Shown: piece by piece, positions 21,247 to 30,306 of the stretch | How positions within the stretch are numbered: position 1 is the first letter of the stretch | Layout of the letters: each line of letters starts with the position of its first letter | NCBI GenBank assembly: GCA_965197475.1 | Contig: CBDANF010000003.1 | Coordinates: 480,001 to 544,000 of the forward strand | Direction of reading: 5' to 3' | DNA: 64,000 nt | Origin: Candidatus Poribacteria bacterium | Lineage (GTDB): Bacteria; Poribacteria; WGA-4E; WGA-3G | Position numbers and translations under genes: made by a program | Notes under the pieces: generated by a model | What the model saw: only the letters and a program-made list of their open reading frames with translations | What the model was told of the DNA's origin: nothing | Database searches by the model: none

Positions 21247-22131
21247 TCATTGGGCTTCTCCTTGGTGAGTGGCTTCATCGTTTGAGTCTGAATTGGCAAG
21301 GTCTGCATCTATGGCTTGGAGTTGGTGCTGCGGTATGAGGTCGAGATATTGAGAGATGACGCGTTTAGAAAGTCGTGTAATCTGTGAGATTTTATCAATA
21401 TCTGCGGTTGCTTTCCGAACGACTTTGACGCTCTCATAATCGCGAATGTATCTATCAACTGCCTCCTTAGAGTGTTTGGTCTTTGCGGCAATCCTGGGGG
21501 TGAGATGTCCTTGAAGATAGAGGGTTATGATCTCTTTCTTATGGGTAATAGCCCCCGATAAGTCATGGATATTGCCACGGGTGGGCAAGAGTTCTCCAGT
21601 GGTTTTTTGCCATTCATTAACATAATCACAGACAACGGCATCGCAGACATTGAGCAAAACTGCCAAGTCGAGTTGGGTCAATAATGCCCCTTGGTCATAA
21701 GCTTGATGACACCAGCGGACCAAGCGATTGATCCGCAATTGCCGGGAGGTGAAACCGTTGCGAAAGGATTCAATATCCTCTGCGGCGAGGTAAGTCAGGA
21801 TGACGGGTTTCATGCGGGTTTTGACGATGGACTTTCCTCTTTCTGGATGCTCTTCAATAGGGACGGCCATCCAAACGAGTTGTCCATAACTCAAGAAACG
21901 CTCATCCGGGAGTTGATCGCCGGTGGCGAGTTTCTCCAAAGGAAGGGTAATCACGAAATAGTCTTCAACGGTCTTAAGAATATCATCAACAATGGCGGTG
22001 GCAGTGACTTCGCCTTTGTCATAACCATAGTCATTGAGAAAGCGGTGAATGAGCAACTGTCGTAGGGACTTATCGTTGATGCGTCTGAATTTCTTCTCGT
22101 TGATTTGCGTGCGGGTTAGAGGTTTGCTCAT
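21247..22131 (-). CDS. DUF1670 domain protein (paralogue B)
   Basis: QAYDQGALLTQLDLAVLL...PTRG.IHD....THK...HSKEAVDRY; ATGA overlap with paralogue A. Confidence 0.8.
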   Translation of the reverse strand: MSKPLTRTQINEKKFRRINDKSLRQLLIHRFLNDYGYDKGEVTATAIVDDILKTVEDYFVITLPLEKLATGDQLPDERFLSYGQLVWMAVPIEEHPERGKSIVKTRMKPVILTYLAAEDIESFRNGFTSRQLRINRLVRWCHQAYDQGALLTQLDLAVLLNVCDAVVCDYVNEWQKTTGELLPTRGNIHDLSGAITHKKEIITLYLQGHLTPRIAAKTKHSKEAVDRYIRDYESVKVVRKATADIDKISQITRLSKRVISQYLDLIPQHQLQAIDADLANSDSNDEATHQGEAQ

Positions 22132-22928
22132 GAGAGGTCCCCCTTTTTTGTGTCCTCAGGTTCTGGGTGAAGGAGTTGGGTTATGCGATCTGTGTGTTGG
22201 TATTCCTCATAGAGTGAGAGATACTCGCGGATCAACCGGTCAGATAGATGGGTGATCAGGCGTATCTGTGCGTTAGGAAAGCCTTGATGATGGAGCGTAG
22301 CGACTTGTGTAAAGTCTTTCAAGTAGCGGTAGACAGCTCGTTCGCTGTGGTTCGTCTTTTTCTCGATTTCGGTGAAGGTATAGGCTTTGAAATATAACTC
22401 CAGGACCTGGGTTTTATGAGAAGTGCCGGGGCCCATGTCGTGTTTCGTCCCGCGCGTCATAACGAAATACCCATCCTGCTTCAAGTGTCGAATGTCGCGT
22501 TTGACTGTAGCAGGACTGGTGGTTAATAATACAGCTAAATCCTCGTAGCTCAGTAAGGCATCTTGGTCATAAGCTTCTTGGGTCAATCGGAGGATCCGAT
22601 GCCGTATGAGTCCTGCGAGACCATAATTCGCTAAGACTTCAAGATCGGCGTTTGTGTCATTGAGAGTTAGCCGACAGGAAACTTTTTTCGCTAAAGCGAT
22701 ATGTTTACCTGCGGGTTCCTCTGCGGCGACTGCCTCGTAGCAGATTTGCCCTGATGTCAGGTGCACATCGGCGTGTTGTTCAAAGTAGGTGGAAATCTGT
22801 TTATAGTAGGCTTCAGCAACGAGAGGCATTAGATTAAAGTCTGCTGAAATCTTCTGAATAATAGCGGCTCTGGCATTCTTGGATTCGAGCCGAGTGATAC
22901 CGTAAGCGGTATCCTTCTTGCGGTTCAT
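22128..22928 (-). CDS. DUF1670 domain protein (paralogue A)
   Basis: EAYDQDALLSYEDLAVLL...TRG..HDMGPGTSHK...HSERAVYRY; GGAGG RBS favours ATG at 22928. Confidence 0.8.
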   Translation of the reverse strand: MNRKKDTAYGITRLESKNARAAIIQKISADFNLMPLVAEAYYKQISTYFEQHADVHLTSGQICYEAVAAEEPAGKHIALAKKVSCRLTLNDTNADLEVLANYGLAGLIRHRILRLTQEAYDQDALLSYEDLAVLLTTSPATVKRDIRHLKQDGYFVMTRGTKHDMGPGTSHKTQVLELYFKAYTFTEIEKKTNHSERAVYRYLKDFTQVATLHHQGFPNAQIRLITHLSDRLIREYLSLYEEYQHTDRITQLLHPEPEDTKKGDLS

Positions 22929-22995
22929 ATTGACCTCCATGAATAGATTATCGGGGATCCGAGGACATCTACTCGTTAGTTTAACGAATACTAAT

Positions 22996-23024
22996 AGTAT
23001 AACTCATGGGGTCATTTGATACAA
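22996..23024 (-). promoter_or_regulatory. Candidate junction promoter TTGTAT-17-TATACT for the DUF1670 genes
   Basis: The -35 box uses 2 flanking bases plus the first 4 TIR bases. Confidence 0.5.
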
Positions 23025-23042
23025 ACTATAAGTAAATTTAAA

Positions 23043-23906
23043 ATGACTGGACGCAATATCAAACTGGAATCTCGCACAAAAATACTTATCATGATGATAT
23101 GTGGTTGCCTTGTCATTTTGCTTGATAGTCCTACCGCGTTGTTAACATGTTTTGTTGCAAGTATCCTTCTCGTTGCGTTTTCAGCACCAACCCTAAAACA
23201 GATCCGATTGTTACTACTCTTCCTATTTTTCACAACATGGGGATTGATTTATAGTCAGGCAATTTTCTACAACGAATTTCCTCGCACAGTTTTAATTACG
23301 CTTGTTCCCGCCGAATTGCCAATCATCGGGGATATGACAGGCGGCATCCGAATCTATCGCGAAGGACTTTTTCACGGTATTATTCAATCGATGCGGTTTA
23401 ATACCACCCTTGTGATCGGTTGTTACATTGTTTGGACCACACAACCTCGCGACCTACTTCTGGCATTGGTGCAGTTACGTGTACCTGGGGCATTAGCGTT
23501 TATGGTGACAACCGCGTTGCGTTTTACTCCATTGATTGCGAATGAAACATTAGCAATCATCCGTTCTCAAAGATTGCGCGGATTCCGTTACCTACGGTTC
23601 AACCTATTTGTCACAGTGCGCGGTGTTATCAATAGTTTGCGTCCTATCTTGGCAGGGAATATTCGGCATGCATCCCACCTTGGAGAATCGGTTGAAAGCC
23701 GAGGATTCTCACCGGACACAACATCAAAACGGACTTCATTACGAATCTCACGGATGGACAGGTGGGATTATTGTTTGCTTGCGTTGCTATGCCTCTGCTT
23801 GTTCTGCGTCATTGGTTTGAAAGTGCTCTATTTCTGCTATGTGAATGGTATCTATTACGGGGCGTGGTTGAGAGGTGTGTATACATTTGCCCGAGAGGTG
23901 TTATGA
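23043..23906 (+). CDS. ecfT: Energy-coupling factor transporter transmembrane component T
   Basis: TALRFTP, SQRLRG and SVESRGF XRX motifs; multiple TM segments; start uncertain. Confidence 0.85.
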   Translation: MTGRNIKLESRTKILIMMICGCLVILLDSPTALLTCFVASILLVAFSAPTLKQIRLLLLFLFFTTWGLIYSQAIFYNEFPRTVLITLVPAELPIIGDMTGGIRIYREGLFHGIIQSMRFNTTLVIGCYIVWTTQPRDLLLALVQLRVPGALAFMVTTALRFTPLIANETLAIIRSQRLRGFRYLRFNLFVTVRGVINSLRPILAGNIRHASHLGESVESRGFSPDTTSKRTSLRISRMDRWDYCLLALLCLCLFCVIGLKVLYFCYVNGIYYGAWLRGVYTFAREVL

Positions 23907-23944
23907 GGGATTTAGTCCGTAGGTTGGATTGAGCGCGTGTAACC

Positions 23945-24233
23945 CATAGGCATCAATTTAGTGTGCTATATGCAAAAAGATGCTGATTTGTGATGATAGC
24001 AGCACCAGCGGTGCGGAATGTTATAGAAAACAGTGTCAAACAGTCTCTTGAACCCCAGCGGGGGCAGCATGCGCTTTTGGCATGCTGCATGAGGTGTCTG
24101 ACAACACGTACACATATACACCTTTCGCCCTCTGGGGCTTGAGTTTGGTAGGGGTCGCGTGTCTGGACACCTTTCGCCCTCTGGGACTTAGATATCCAAA
24201 ATATAGGTTTATTTCCTTAAATTGACACCTATG
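23945..24233. mobile_element. MITE (CATAGG..TCAA.TTA ends) inserted in a GTAG-REP hairpin with a long duplication
   Basis: TGG[A/G]TTGAGCGCGTGTAACCCA at 23925-23946 and 24232-24253; contains the inverted 251-390 repeat. Confidence 0.75.
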
Positions 24234-24404
24234 GGTTGAGCGCGTGTAACCCAACAAAAGAGGCGCGTGAATTGCGCGACTACGAACGCGATACCTTTAA
24301 AATCCGCGTAATCCATGAAATTAGCGATAATTTGCGATTCTGACAAAAACCCGTGCGGTTAGGAAACCGCACCTACCGTCCATGGAGAACACTATGAGGT
24401 GAGA

Positions 24405-24923
24405 TTAACGTCCTACCTCCCAAGCCAGATGTTGAAGCTCCGGTCCGATGAGTTTTTCCCACGCCAGCCGCACAGCGGCATTTGAACCTGGCGTAGAAAT
24501 AACTACTTTTCCTTGATAGACTCCTGCTGTTGCACGCGATAACATAGCAGCAGCACCGACTTGGTCATAACTAAACATCCGAAAGAGTTCCCCAAAACCC
24601 GGCAACGTCTTTTCTAATTTACGATTGAGCACATCAAAAGTCGTGTCGCGTGGTGCGATGCCGGTCCCACCGTTAAATAAAATGACTTGAGCATCGCTTG
24701 CAGCCATTTTATCCAAAATGTCCGCAACCTGATCCGGTTCATCTTTAATAATCTGATAAGCGGTCACACTGTTTCCATCCGCCTCAACTTGTTCTCGTAT
24801 AAACGCAGCGTTTGTGTCTGTTTCTGGTGTCCGTGAATCACTTACGGTAACAATGGCAACTGAGACAGGACCTTCTTCAGCAGCTATCTCCCGATGCTGT
24901 TGTGTGCTTGTTGATGTCGTCAT
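24405..24923 (-). CDS. moaB: Molybdenum cofactor biosynthesis protein MoaB/MogA
   Basis: [36 protein letters not shown]. Confidence 0.9.
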   Translation of the reverse strand: MTTSTSTQQHREIAAEEGPVSVAIVTVSDSRTPETDTNAAFIREQVEADGNSVTAYQIIKDEPDQVADILDKMAASDAQVILFNGGTGIAPRDTTFDVLNRKLEKTLPGFGELFRMFSYDQVGAAAMLSRATAGVYQGKVVISTPGSNAAVRLAWEKLIGPELQHLAWEVGR

Positions 24924-24944
24924 AAAATAACCTCTTCCGTCAAA

Positions 24945-27137
24945 TTATTGATTTGGGTACGCCTTCTGCAAATGCCTTGGCATAGGAAAAAAGATTCCTT
25001 GAGTTTGTGCAGCGAGTGTTGTTTGAAAATCGTTAGGGTCTGGATAGCCTATCACATACGCGGTAATGCCTAATGATTGACATATCTCCAATGCTCTCTC
25101 CGCAGGATATTTGCCTGTAGTAGGTTCGTCAGTCAAAATAAGCAGGAATCGCCTCGCGTAAGGGCTAAATTTCACCTTAGGCACACCTTCAACGATAGCA
25201 TCAATAAGATGTTCATCACCACCAAATGGTTCTTCCATAAACCTTTTTATCAAACTTTCGTTGAGCGGCATCTGTGATACGACAGTCCCATTGATAGTCT
25301 TAATAGCATCTTTTGCTTCAGCAAAACGGATGAGTCCAATCCGATATTTTAGGGGAAAAATCGATAATCTGCCAATGAGTGTGCTTAACCCGAGCATGAC
25401 TGCATCCGCTTTTCCACCCATACTTCTGCTATAGTCTAACATTACCACAACATCGACGAGCGGTTCAGCACTGTTATTTGTTGTAGATGCACTTGGTTGT
25501 GCACCAATGTAAACTTTGAGACTATCTCTATCTCTCCGAATCGTATAAAATTGGTTGTTCCACCGGTCAGTAACGGTCCATCTATGAACAGATTGCCTTG
25601 CTCGAGCTATAAGATTAGCATCCAAATTCCAATAGTTTGGGGAGGCACCTGCATAAACGTTTATCTTATTTTCATCTTTACGAAGGGCATAAATTTGCTC
25701 ATTGCCGTAGTCTGTAATTACTAACAAATCATTATTCCGTTTTTCTAAAATTGCTGCATATCCCTCACTGAAAAAATCCGTTTTCAAGCCAAGCTCTTTG
25801 TTATCGAATTCTTGTTGTATTTTATTTATAGGGATATCACCTTCTTCAAAAAGCACTTCAAACTGTAATTCAAGGCTAAATAGCATTTTGCTACCGTTTT
25901 GCTGAATATCAGTAGCAATATCTTTGAATAATTTGAGAAGCGGGCGGTTCCCAACGCGATTACTTGGGAGTGCGGCGGGATTGGCGGGATTATAGAGGCT
26001 ACCGGGTATTTGTTCCCATACGCCCCCAGTGGCATCAGCTAATGTCTGCTGAAAAGGTTCGGGAAATCCAAGTATGTTTACGCGAACTTCCTCAAATTGA
26101 GATTGATCGATTACTTTTGCTCGCATATTAGTTATTGCGTTCTTTTCTCTCAAACTGGTTGATGCGGGTTCATCTGTAACTAAGATTAAGTGCTTTTCGG
26201 CGTCTGTGTGAAATTCCATATAGTCCAATGTATACAAAAGTGCATCAAGTGCATTTTCATCTCCACTCAGATGAACTTCTTTCATTCGCCGTCGAAGAAC
26301 ACTGACATCAGGTAACAGCGCACGTGTTTCGACCTTTTGACCCTTTTGCCGGACACTGAATTCAGACATGCCAAAATGGTATTCGAGATTGATAAGATCA
26401 AATGCATCCGTCATGCTATAAAGGTTTTCGGCGACCTGCTGGATGTTGTCGCGCATACTGGCACTTGTATCAAGCACAAAGACCACGTTGATCTTATCAA
26501 GTTCCCGTGTGCTAATAATATGCTCAGCAATCTTTTTGAGTGCTTCTCCGATTGGATTAGTACCACCGTCGTCTTTTCTAATTCCTTCTCCGATAGTTCC
26601 AATTTCTGCAGTTCCTTTTGACTCAAGCCTGTGAAATCCACTTTCGCCATCGCCTTTGACACGTTGTCGAAGACTTTTCACCCCTGCGCCTGAAGAGATT
26701 TCAAAGGGACTTGTGACAGATTTTGGAAGTGCTGCTGTACGGCTATTCAAATGCGTTGCTTGTGTTGTAACTTCAGGTAGTTTTGTCACTGTTTCAGACA
26801 CTGATTTTGTAGCATTGTGCATCAATACCTTCTTGGAAGGGCGAAGGGTTTCATCGATTAAATTTGAAGAAGCTTTTAAGGCAACATGTTTTGGACGGTA
26901 ATCAGAAATAGATTTGGTCTGTTTTGAGGTAAGTGTTTGCTTCGGTAGTGGTCGTTTTAATCTGCGTTGTTTCTGGGTATCCTTCATATCTATAAATTCC
27001 ACCCCAACAACATCTTCAATTTCATTACTAAGATGTGCATAGTAGAAAAATGTAAAAAGTATAGCGATGCAGAGATGGACAATCCCGGCAATCAGACAGG
27101 CATTCAATGAGCGTTGTTTTACTTCAGATCGAATCAT
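24945..27137 (-). CDS. Membrane-anchored tandem VWA-domain protein
   Basis: Two MIDAS motifs (VLDTSASM; MLDYSRSM), each with TDEP; N-terminal TM segment. Confidence 0.85.
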   Translation of the reverse strand: MIRSEVKQRSLNACLIAGIVHLCIAILFTFFYYAHLSNEIEDVVGVEFIDMKDTQKQRRLKRPLPKQTLTSKQTKSISDYRPKHVALKASSNLIDETLRPSKKVLMHNATKSVSETVTKLPEVTTQATHLNSRTAALPKSVTSPFEISSGAGVKSLRQRVKGDGESGFHRLESKGTAEIGTIGEGIRKDDGGTNPIGEALKKIAEHIISTRELDKINVVFVLDTSASMRDNIQQVAENLYSMTDAFDLINLEYHFGMSEFSVRQKGQKVETRALLPDVSVLRRRMKEVHLSGDENALDALLYTLDYMEFHTDAEKHLILVTDEPASTSLREKNAITNMRAKVIDQSQFEEVRVNILGFPEPFQQTLADATGGVWEQIPGSLYNPANPAALPSNRVGNRPLLKLFKDIATDIQQNGSKMLFSLELQFEVLFEEGDIPINKIQQEFDNKELGLKTDFFSEGYAAILEKRNNDLLVITDYGNEQIYALRKDENKINVYAGASPNYWNLDANLIARARQSVHRWTVTDRWNNQFYTIRRDRDSLKVYIGAQPSASTTNNSAEPLVDVVVMLDYSRSMGGKADAVMLGLSTLIGRLSIFPLKYRIGLIRFAEAKDAIKTINGTVVSQMPLNESLIKRFMEEPFGGDEHLIDAIVEGVPKVKFSPYARRFLLILTDEPTTGKYPAERALEICQSLGITAYVIGYPDPNDFQTTLAAQTQGIFFPMPRHLQKAYPNQ

Positions 27138-27249
27138 GATGTCCTCCTTTAATTCTTTACCTCTATCATTGCCTTTCTATTATTGTTGAAAAGTCAATAT
27201 AAAAATTATATCAGATATTGTAATAAATTTCAAGAAGCTTAAAAGTTAA

Positions 27250-27752
27250 GGGTGTGTAAAGTTTTGTCATTGAGAACGTAAAGATGTGTATTGCCAAAAG
27301 ATATTAACACTTTCAATATTGTGTGTTTAATTAGGACGTTTAGCACGTCCCACGGACGTGCTAATGCCAAGCAGTACAAGGATTAGGACGTGATTTTGTG
27401 TGTGTTTTTTTGCATCTTCTCTGGTTTCACCTGCAACATTAGTGGTCAACATCTGAATATATAATCGTTGTGTGATAATAAGTATAACATAGATACGTGT
27501 GTTTGTCAAATTATTTAGAAGAATTTAGTCTTTTACCAAAACTTTACACACCCTGCTCCACATTTCCTACCCTCTTGGGTGTGTAAATATTTTGTCGCAT
27601 AGGTTCAATTTGCGAAAAATCCTTCGCGTTTTTCTACTGTAGGGCGGGGTCTGTGTGCCCGCCATGTCTGATGTATCCAAACAATGGGCGGGCACAGGGA
27701 CCCGCCCCTACAATGAGTGGTGGACAGATTTTGTCAAAAACTTTACACACCC
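27250..27752. mobile_element. Composite MITE with GGGTGTGTAAAGTTTT ends, an internal pair of ends and a REP doublet
   Basis: Ends at 27250, ~27553, ~27578 and 27752; AAAGTTAA repeated outside the outer ends; solo end at ~13931-13950. Confidence 0.75.
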
Positions 27753-27868
27753 CAAAGTTAATCTCAACACTAAATGGTTTTGTGTTATCTGAAAGGATAA
27801 CCTCTTTTCTGCTTTTTGTCTCTAAAAAAAATGAAAATTGTCCAAACTTGAGTAAACCTATAAATTGA

Positions 27869-27897
27869 TTGACAAATTTTCACAAAAACAGTAAAAT
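27869..27897 (+). promoter_or_regulatory. sigma70 promoter TTGACA-17-TAAAAT
   Basis: Directly upstream of GGAGG and ATG at 27929. Confidence 0.65.
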
Positions 27898-27928
27898 GTT
27901 CCAATTATTAGCAAATTGGAGGCGAACA

Positions 27929-28783
27929 ATGGAAAAATTCCCGATTATTGATACACATGTTCATCTGTGGCACCCGAAGCAGCTTAGATATCCGTGGCTT
28001 AAACAGGTTCCAGCACTAAACAAGCCGTATCTTCTAAATGATTATTCCGCCGCGCACGAGAATCTGGAAATTGAATCCATTGTCTTTGTCCAATGCGATA
28101 CACATCCAGATGATGGATTGAAAGAGATCGCGTGGGTTACTTCACTTGCAGCCGTAGAGCCGCGCATCAGAGGTATCGTGGCATGGGCACCACTTGAAGA
28201 AGGTAAACAGGTGGCACCTTTTGTGGAAAAATTGGCTGAGGATACGCTTGTAAAAGGTATTCGCCGCCTCATTCAAGGGGAAGACGTTGATTTTTGTATC
28301 CAACCCAACTTCATGAATGGTGTCAAAACCCTCGCTCGCTACGGATTGAGTTTCGATATATGTATCTTCCACCCGCAACTCGCTAATGCCATTCGTCTTG
28401 TAGAACAGTGTCCGAATGTCCAATTTATTTTAGATCATATTGGCAAGCCAGACATCAAGAATCAGCTGTTTGAACCGTGGAAGCAGGAAATAAAAATACT
28501 TGCGGAATTCCCCAACGTCTACTGTAAAATATCAGGTCTGGTAACAGAGGCTAATCATGAGAATTGGACACCTGCCGACCTACAACCCTATATTGAACAC
28601 GTTATTGACTGTTTCGGGTTTGACCGCGTGATTTACGGAAGTGATTGGCCAGTCTCAACATTAGCTTCAGATTATCTACTTTGGGTGCGGACATTGCAGG
28701 AAGCAGTTTCAGAATCTACGCCTGAAGAATTGAAAAAACTTTTTCACGACAATGCTATCAAATTTTATAGACTTCAACAGTGA
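27929..28783 (+). CDS. Amidohydrolase_2 family (L-fuconolactonase-like)
   Basis: IIDTHVHLW, LDHIGKP, CKISGL, GSDWP. Confidence 0.88.
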   Translation: MEKFPIIDTHVHLWHPKQLRYPWLKQVPALNKPYLLNDYSAAHENLEIESIVFVQCDTHPDDGLKEIAWVTSLAAVEPRIRGIVAWAPLEEGKQVAPFVEKLAEDTLVKGIRRLIQGEDVDFCIQPNFMNGVKTLARYGLSFDICIFHPQLANAIRLVEQCPNVQFILDHIGKPDIKNQLFEPWKQEIKILAEFPNVYCKISGLVTEANHENWTPADLQPYIEHVIDCFGFDRVIYGSDWPVSTLASDYLLWVRTLQEAVSESTPEELKKLFHDNAIKFYRLQQ

Positions 28784-28995
28784 TAATAAGACCATAATTA
28801 TTGACTAACGTTGTAGGCGCGGTTCGAAACCGCGCCTACATTGGTAAAAGAGTTTATGCGTTACCGATCACCGAAAACTATAAAGGCAGTCAGTAATCTG
28901 TATAGAATGTAAGAGGCGCAATGAATTGCGATTAAACGCGTTTTTTGTTAATGAGAAGTCATCATTCAGAAATGGTATAACAAGAAAAATACACA

Positions 28996-29259
28996 ATGTT
29001 TTTTGTCTTTTGTATATTTATCCTACCGATCACAGTTTTACTGATTTTGCTCCTTGCCACAAAACAGAAAACGGACAGTGAAATGTCGCCTACAGATCCC
29101 ACGGAAGTCTGCGCGTTCTGCCAGAAGGACTTTCCGATAAATCAATTACTGGAGAAAGAGGTAGGTACCTACGGTAGAGTTTACTGTTTCTGTGGGGAAT
29201 GCATCGAAAAATTATACAACGAATTTAAAAATCAAACAGCGATAAAAACAGGAGAGTAA
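28996..29259 (+). CDS. Small membrane protein with CxxC/CxCxxC zinc-finger-like motif
   Basis: N-terminal TM segment; CAFC...CFCGEC; adjacent to kdgK. Confidence 0.6.
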   Translation: MFFVFCIFILPITVLLILLLATKQKTDSEMSPTDPTEVCAFCQKDFPINQLLEKEVGTYGRVYCFCGECIEKLYNEFKNQTAIKTGE

Positions 29260-29262
29260 ATT

Positions 29263-30306
29263 ATGTACGATTTAGTTACGTTTGGGGAAGCGATGATCCG
29301 ACTCACAGCACCTGAGTTTATGCGCTTGGAGCAGGTATCATCGCTATCAATCACAGCAGGCGGAGCAGAGATGAACGTTGCTGTCAACGCTGCACAACTT
29401 GGCTTAAAAACAGCATGGGTATCGCGACTCGTTGACAATTGGTCTGGTCGTTACATTCGCAATAAAGGACGCGAACTCGGTGTTGACATGTCCAACATCG
29501 TATGGGTAGACTTCGACGGTGTTGGCTTTGAGCGAAACGGGTTTTATCATCTTGAGATGGGGGCAGGTCCTCGGGCAAGTAGCGTTACTTATGACCGCGG
29601 ACATTCGGCTATCTCTAAGGTTCAACCCGGTGAAATAGATTGGGCATCTATTTTTAGCAATGCGCGATGGTTTCATCTCAGTGGGATTACGCCTGCATTA
29701 TCAGAATCTGCGGCTGCGGTTTCAGCTGAAGCACTCAAAGCGGCACGTGCAGCGGGTGTCAAAACAAGCTATGACCTTAACTTCCGTTCTAAATTGTGGA
29801 GTGCTGAGCAAGCACAGGCAGCGAACCGACCGATGATGGAACATGTCTCTGTTCTTATCGGAAACGAAGAGGATTTCGAAAAATCGCTTGGGTTTGCTAC
29901 AGAAGGTGCGACCGAATCATATAGCAAACTTGAACCTGATAGTTATAAAGAGGTTGCTCAGCGCGTCAAAGAGGCTTTCCCAAACATTGAGATGATCGGC
30001 ACAACTTTGCGTGATGCTAAAACCGGTTGGCTAAATGATTGGCGAACACTTCTGTTTGATGGTGAAGAGTTTTATCTGTCACGTATCTATGAAGATTTAG
30101 AATTAGTGGACAGAGTTGGCGGTGGGGATAGTTTCTCATCAGGGTTAATCTACAGTCTACTCAACGAAAAATCACCTCGAGAGGCAGTTGATTTCGCAGG
30201 GGGATACTCTGCCTTAGCACACACTTTCCCAGGAGACTTTAACTGGGCAACGACAGCAGAAGCAGAAAAAGCGATGCAGGCAGGAAGCGTCCGTATTAGC
30301 CGCTAA
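29263..30306 (+). CDS. kdgK: PfkB sugar kinase, 2-keto-3-deoxygluconate kinase-like
   Basis: FGEAMIRL, GGAEMNVA, SGITPAL, DLNFR.KLW, DRVGGGDSF. Confidence 0.85.
   Translation: MYDLVTFGEAMIRLTAPEFMRLEQVSSLSITAGGAEMNVAVNAAQLGLKTAWVSRLVDNWSGRYIRNKGRELGVDMSNIVWVDFDGVGFERNGFYHLEMGAGPRASSVTYDRGHSAISKVQPGEIDWASIFSNARWFHLSGITPALSESAAAVSAEALKAARAAGVKTSYDLNFRSKLWSAEQAQAANRPMMEHVSVLIGNEEDFEKSLGFATEGATESYSKLEPDSYKEVAQRVKEAFPNIEMIGTTLRDAKTGWLNDWRTLLFDGEEFYLSRIYEDLELVDRVGGGDSFSSGLIYSLLNEKSPREAVDFAGGYSALAHTFPGDFNWATTAEAEKAMQAGSVRISR

Larger units (their letters stand above)
21019..23022 (-). mobile_element. 2,004-bp TIR-bounded element carrying two DUF1670 genes and a putative ncRNA
   Basis: Perfect 13-bp inverted repeats GTATCAAATGACC (21019-21031) / GGTCATTTGATAC (23010-23022). 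Confidence 0.75.
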
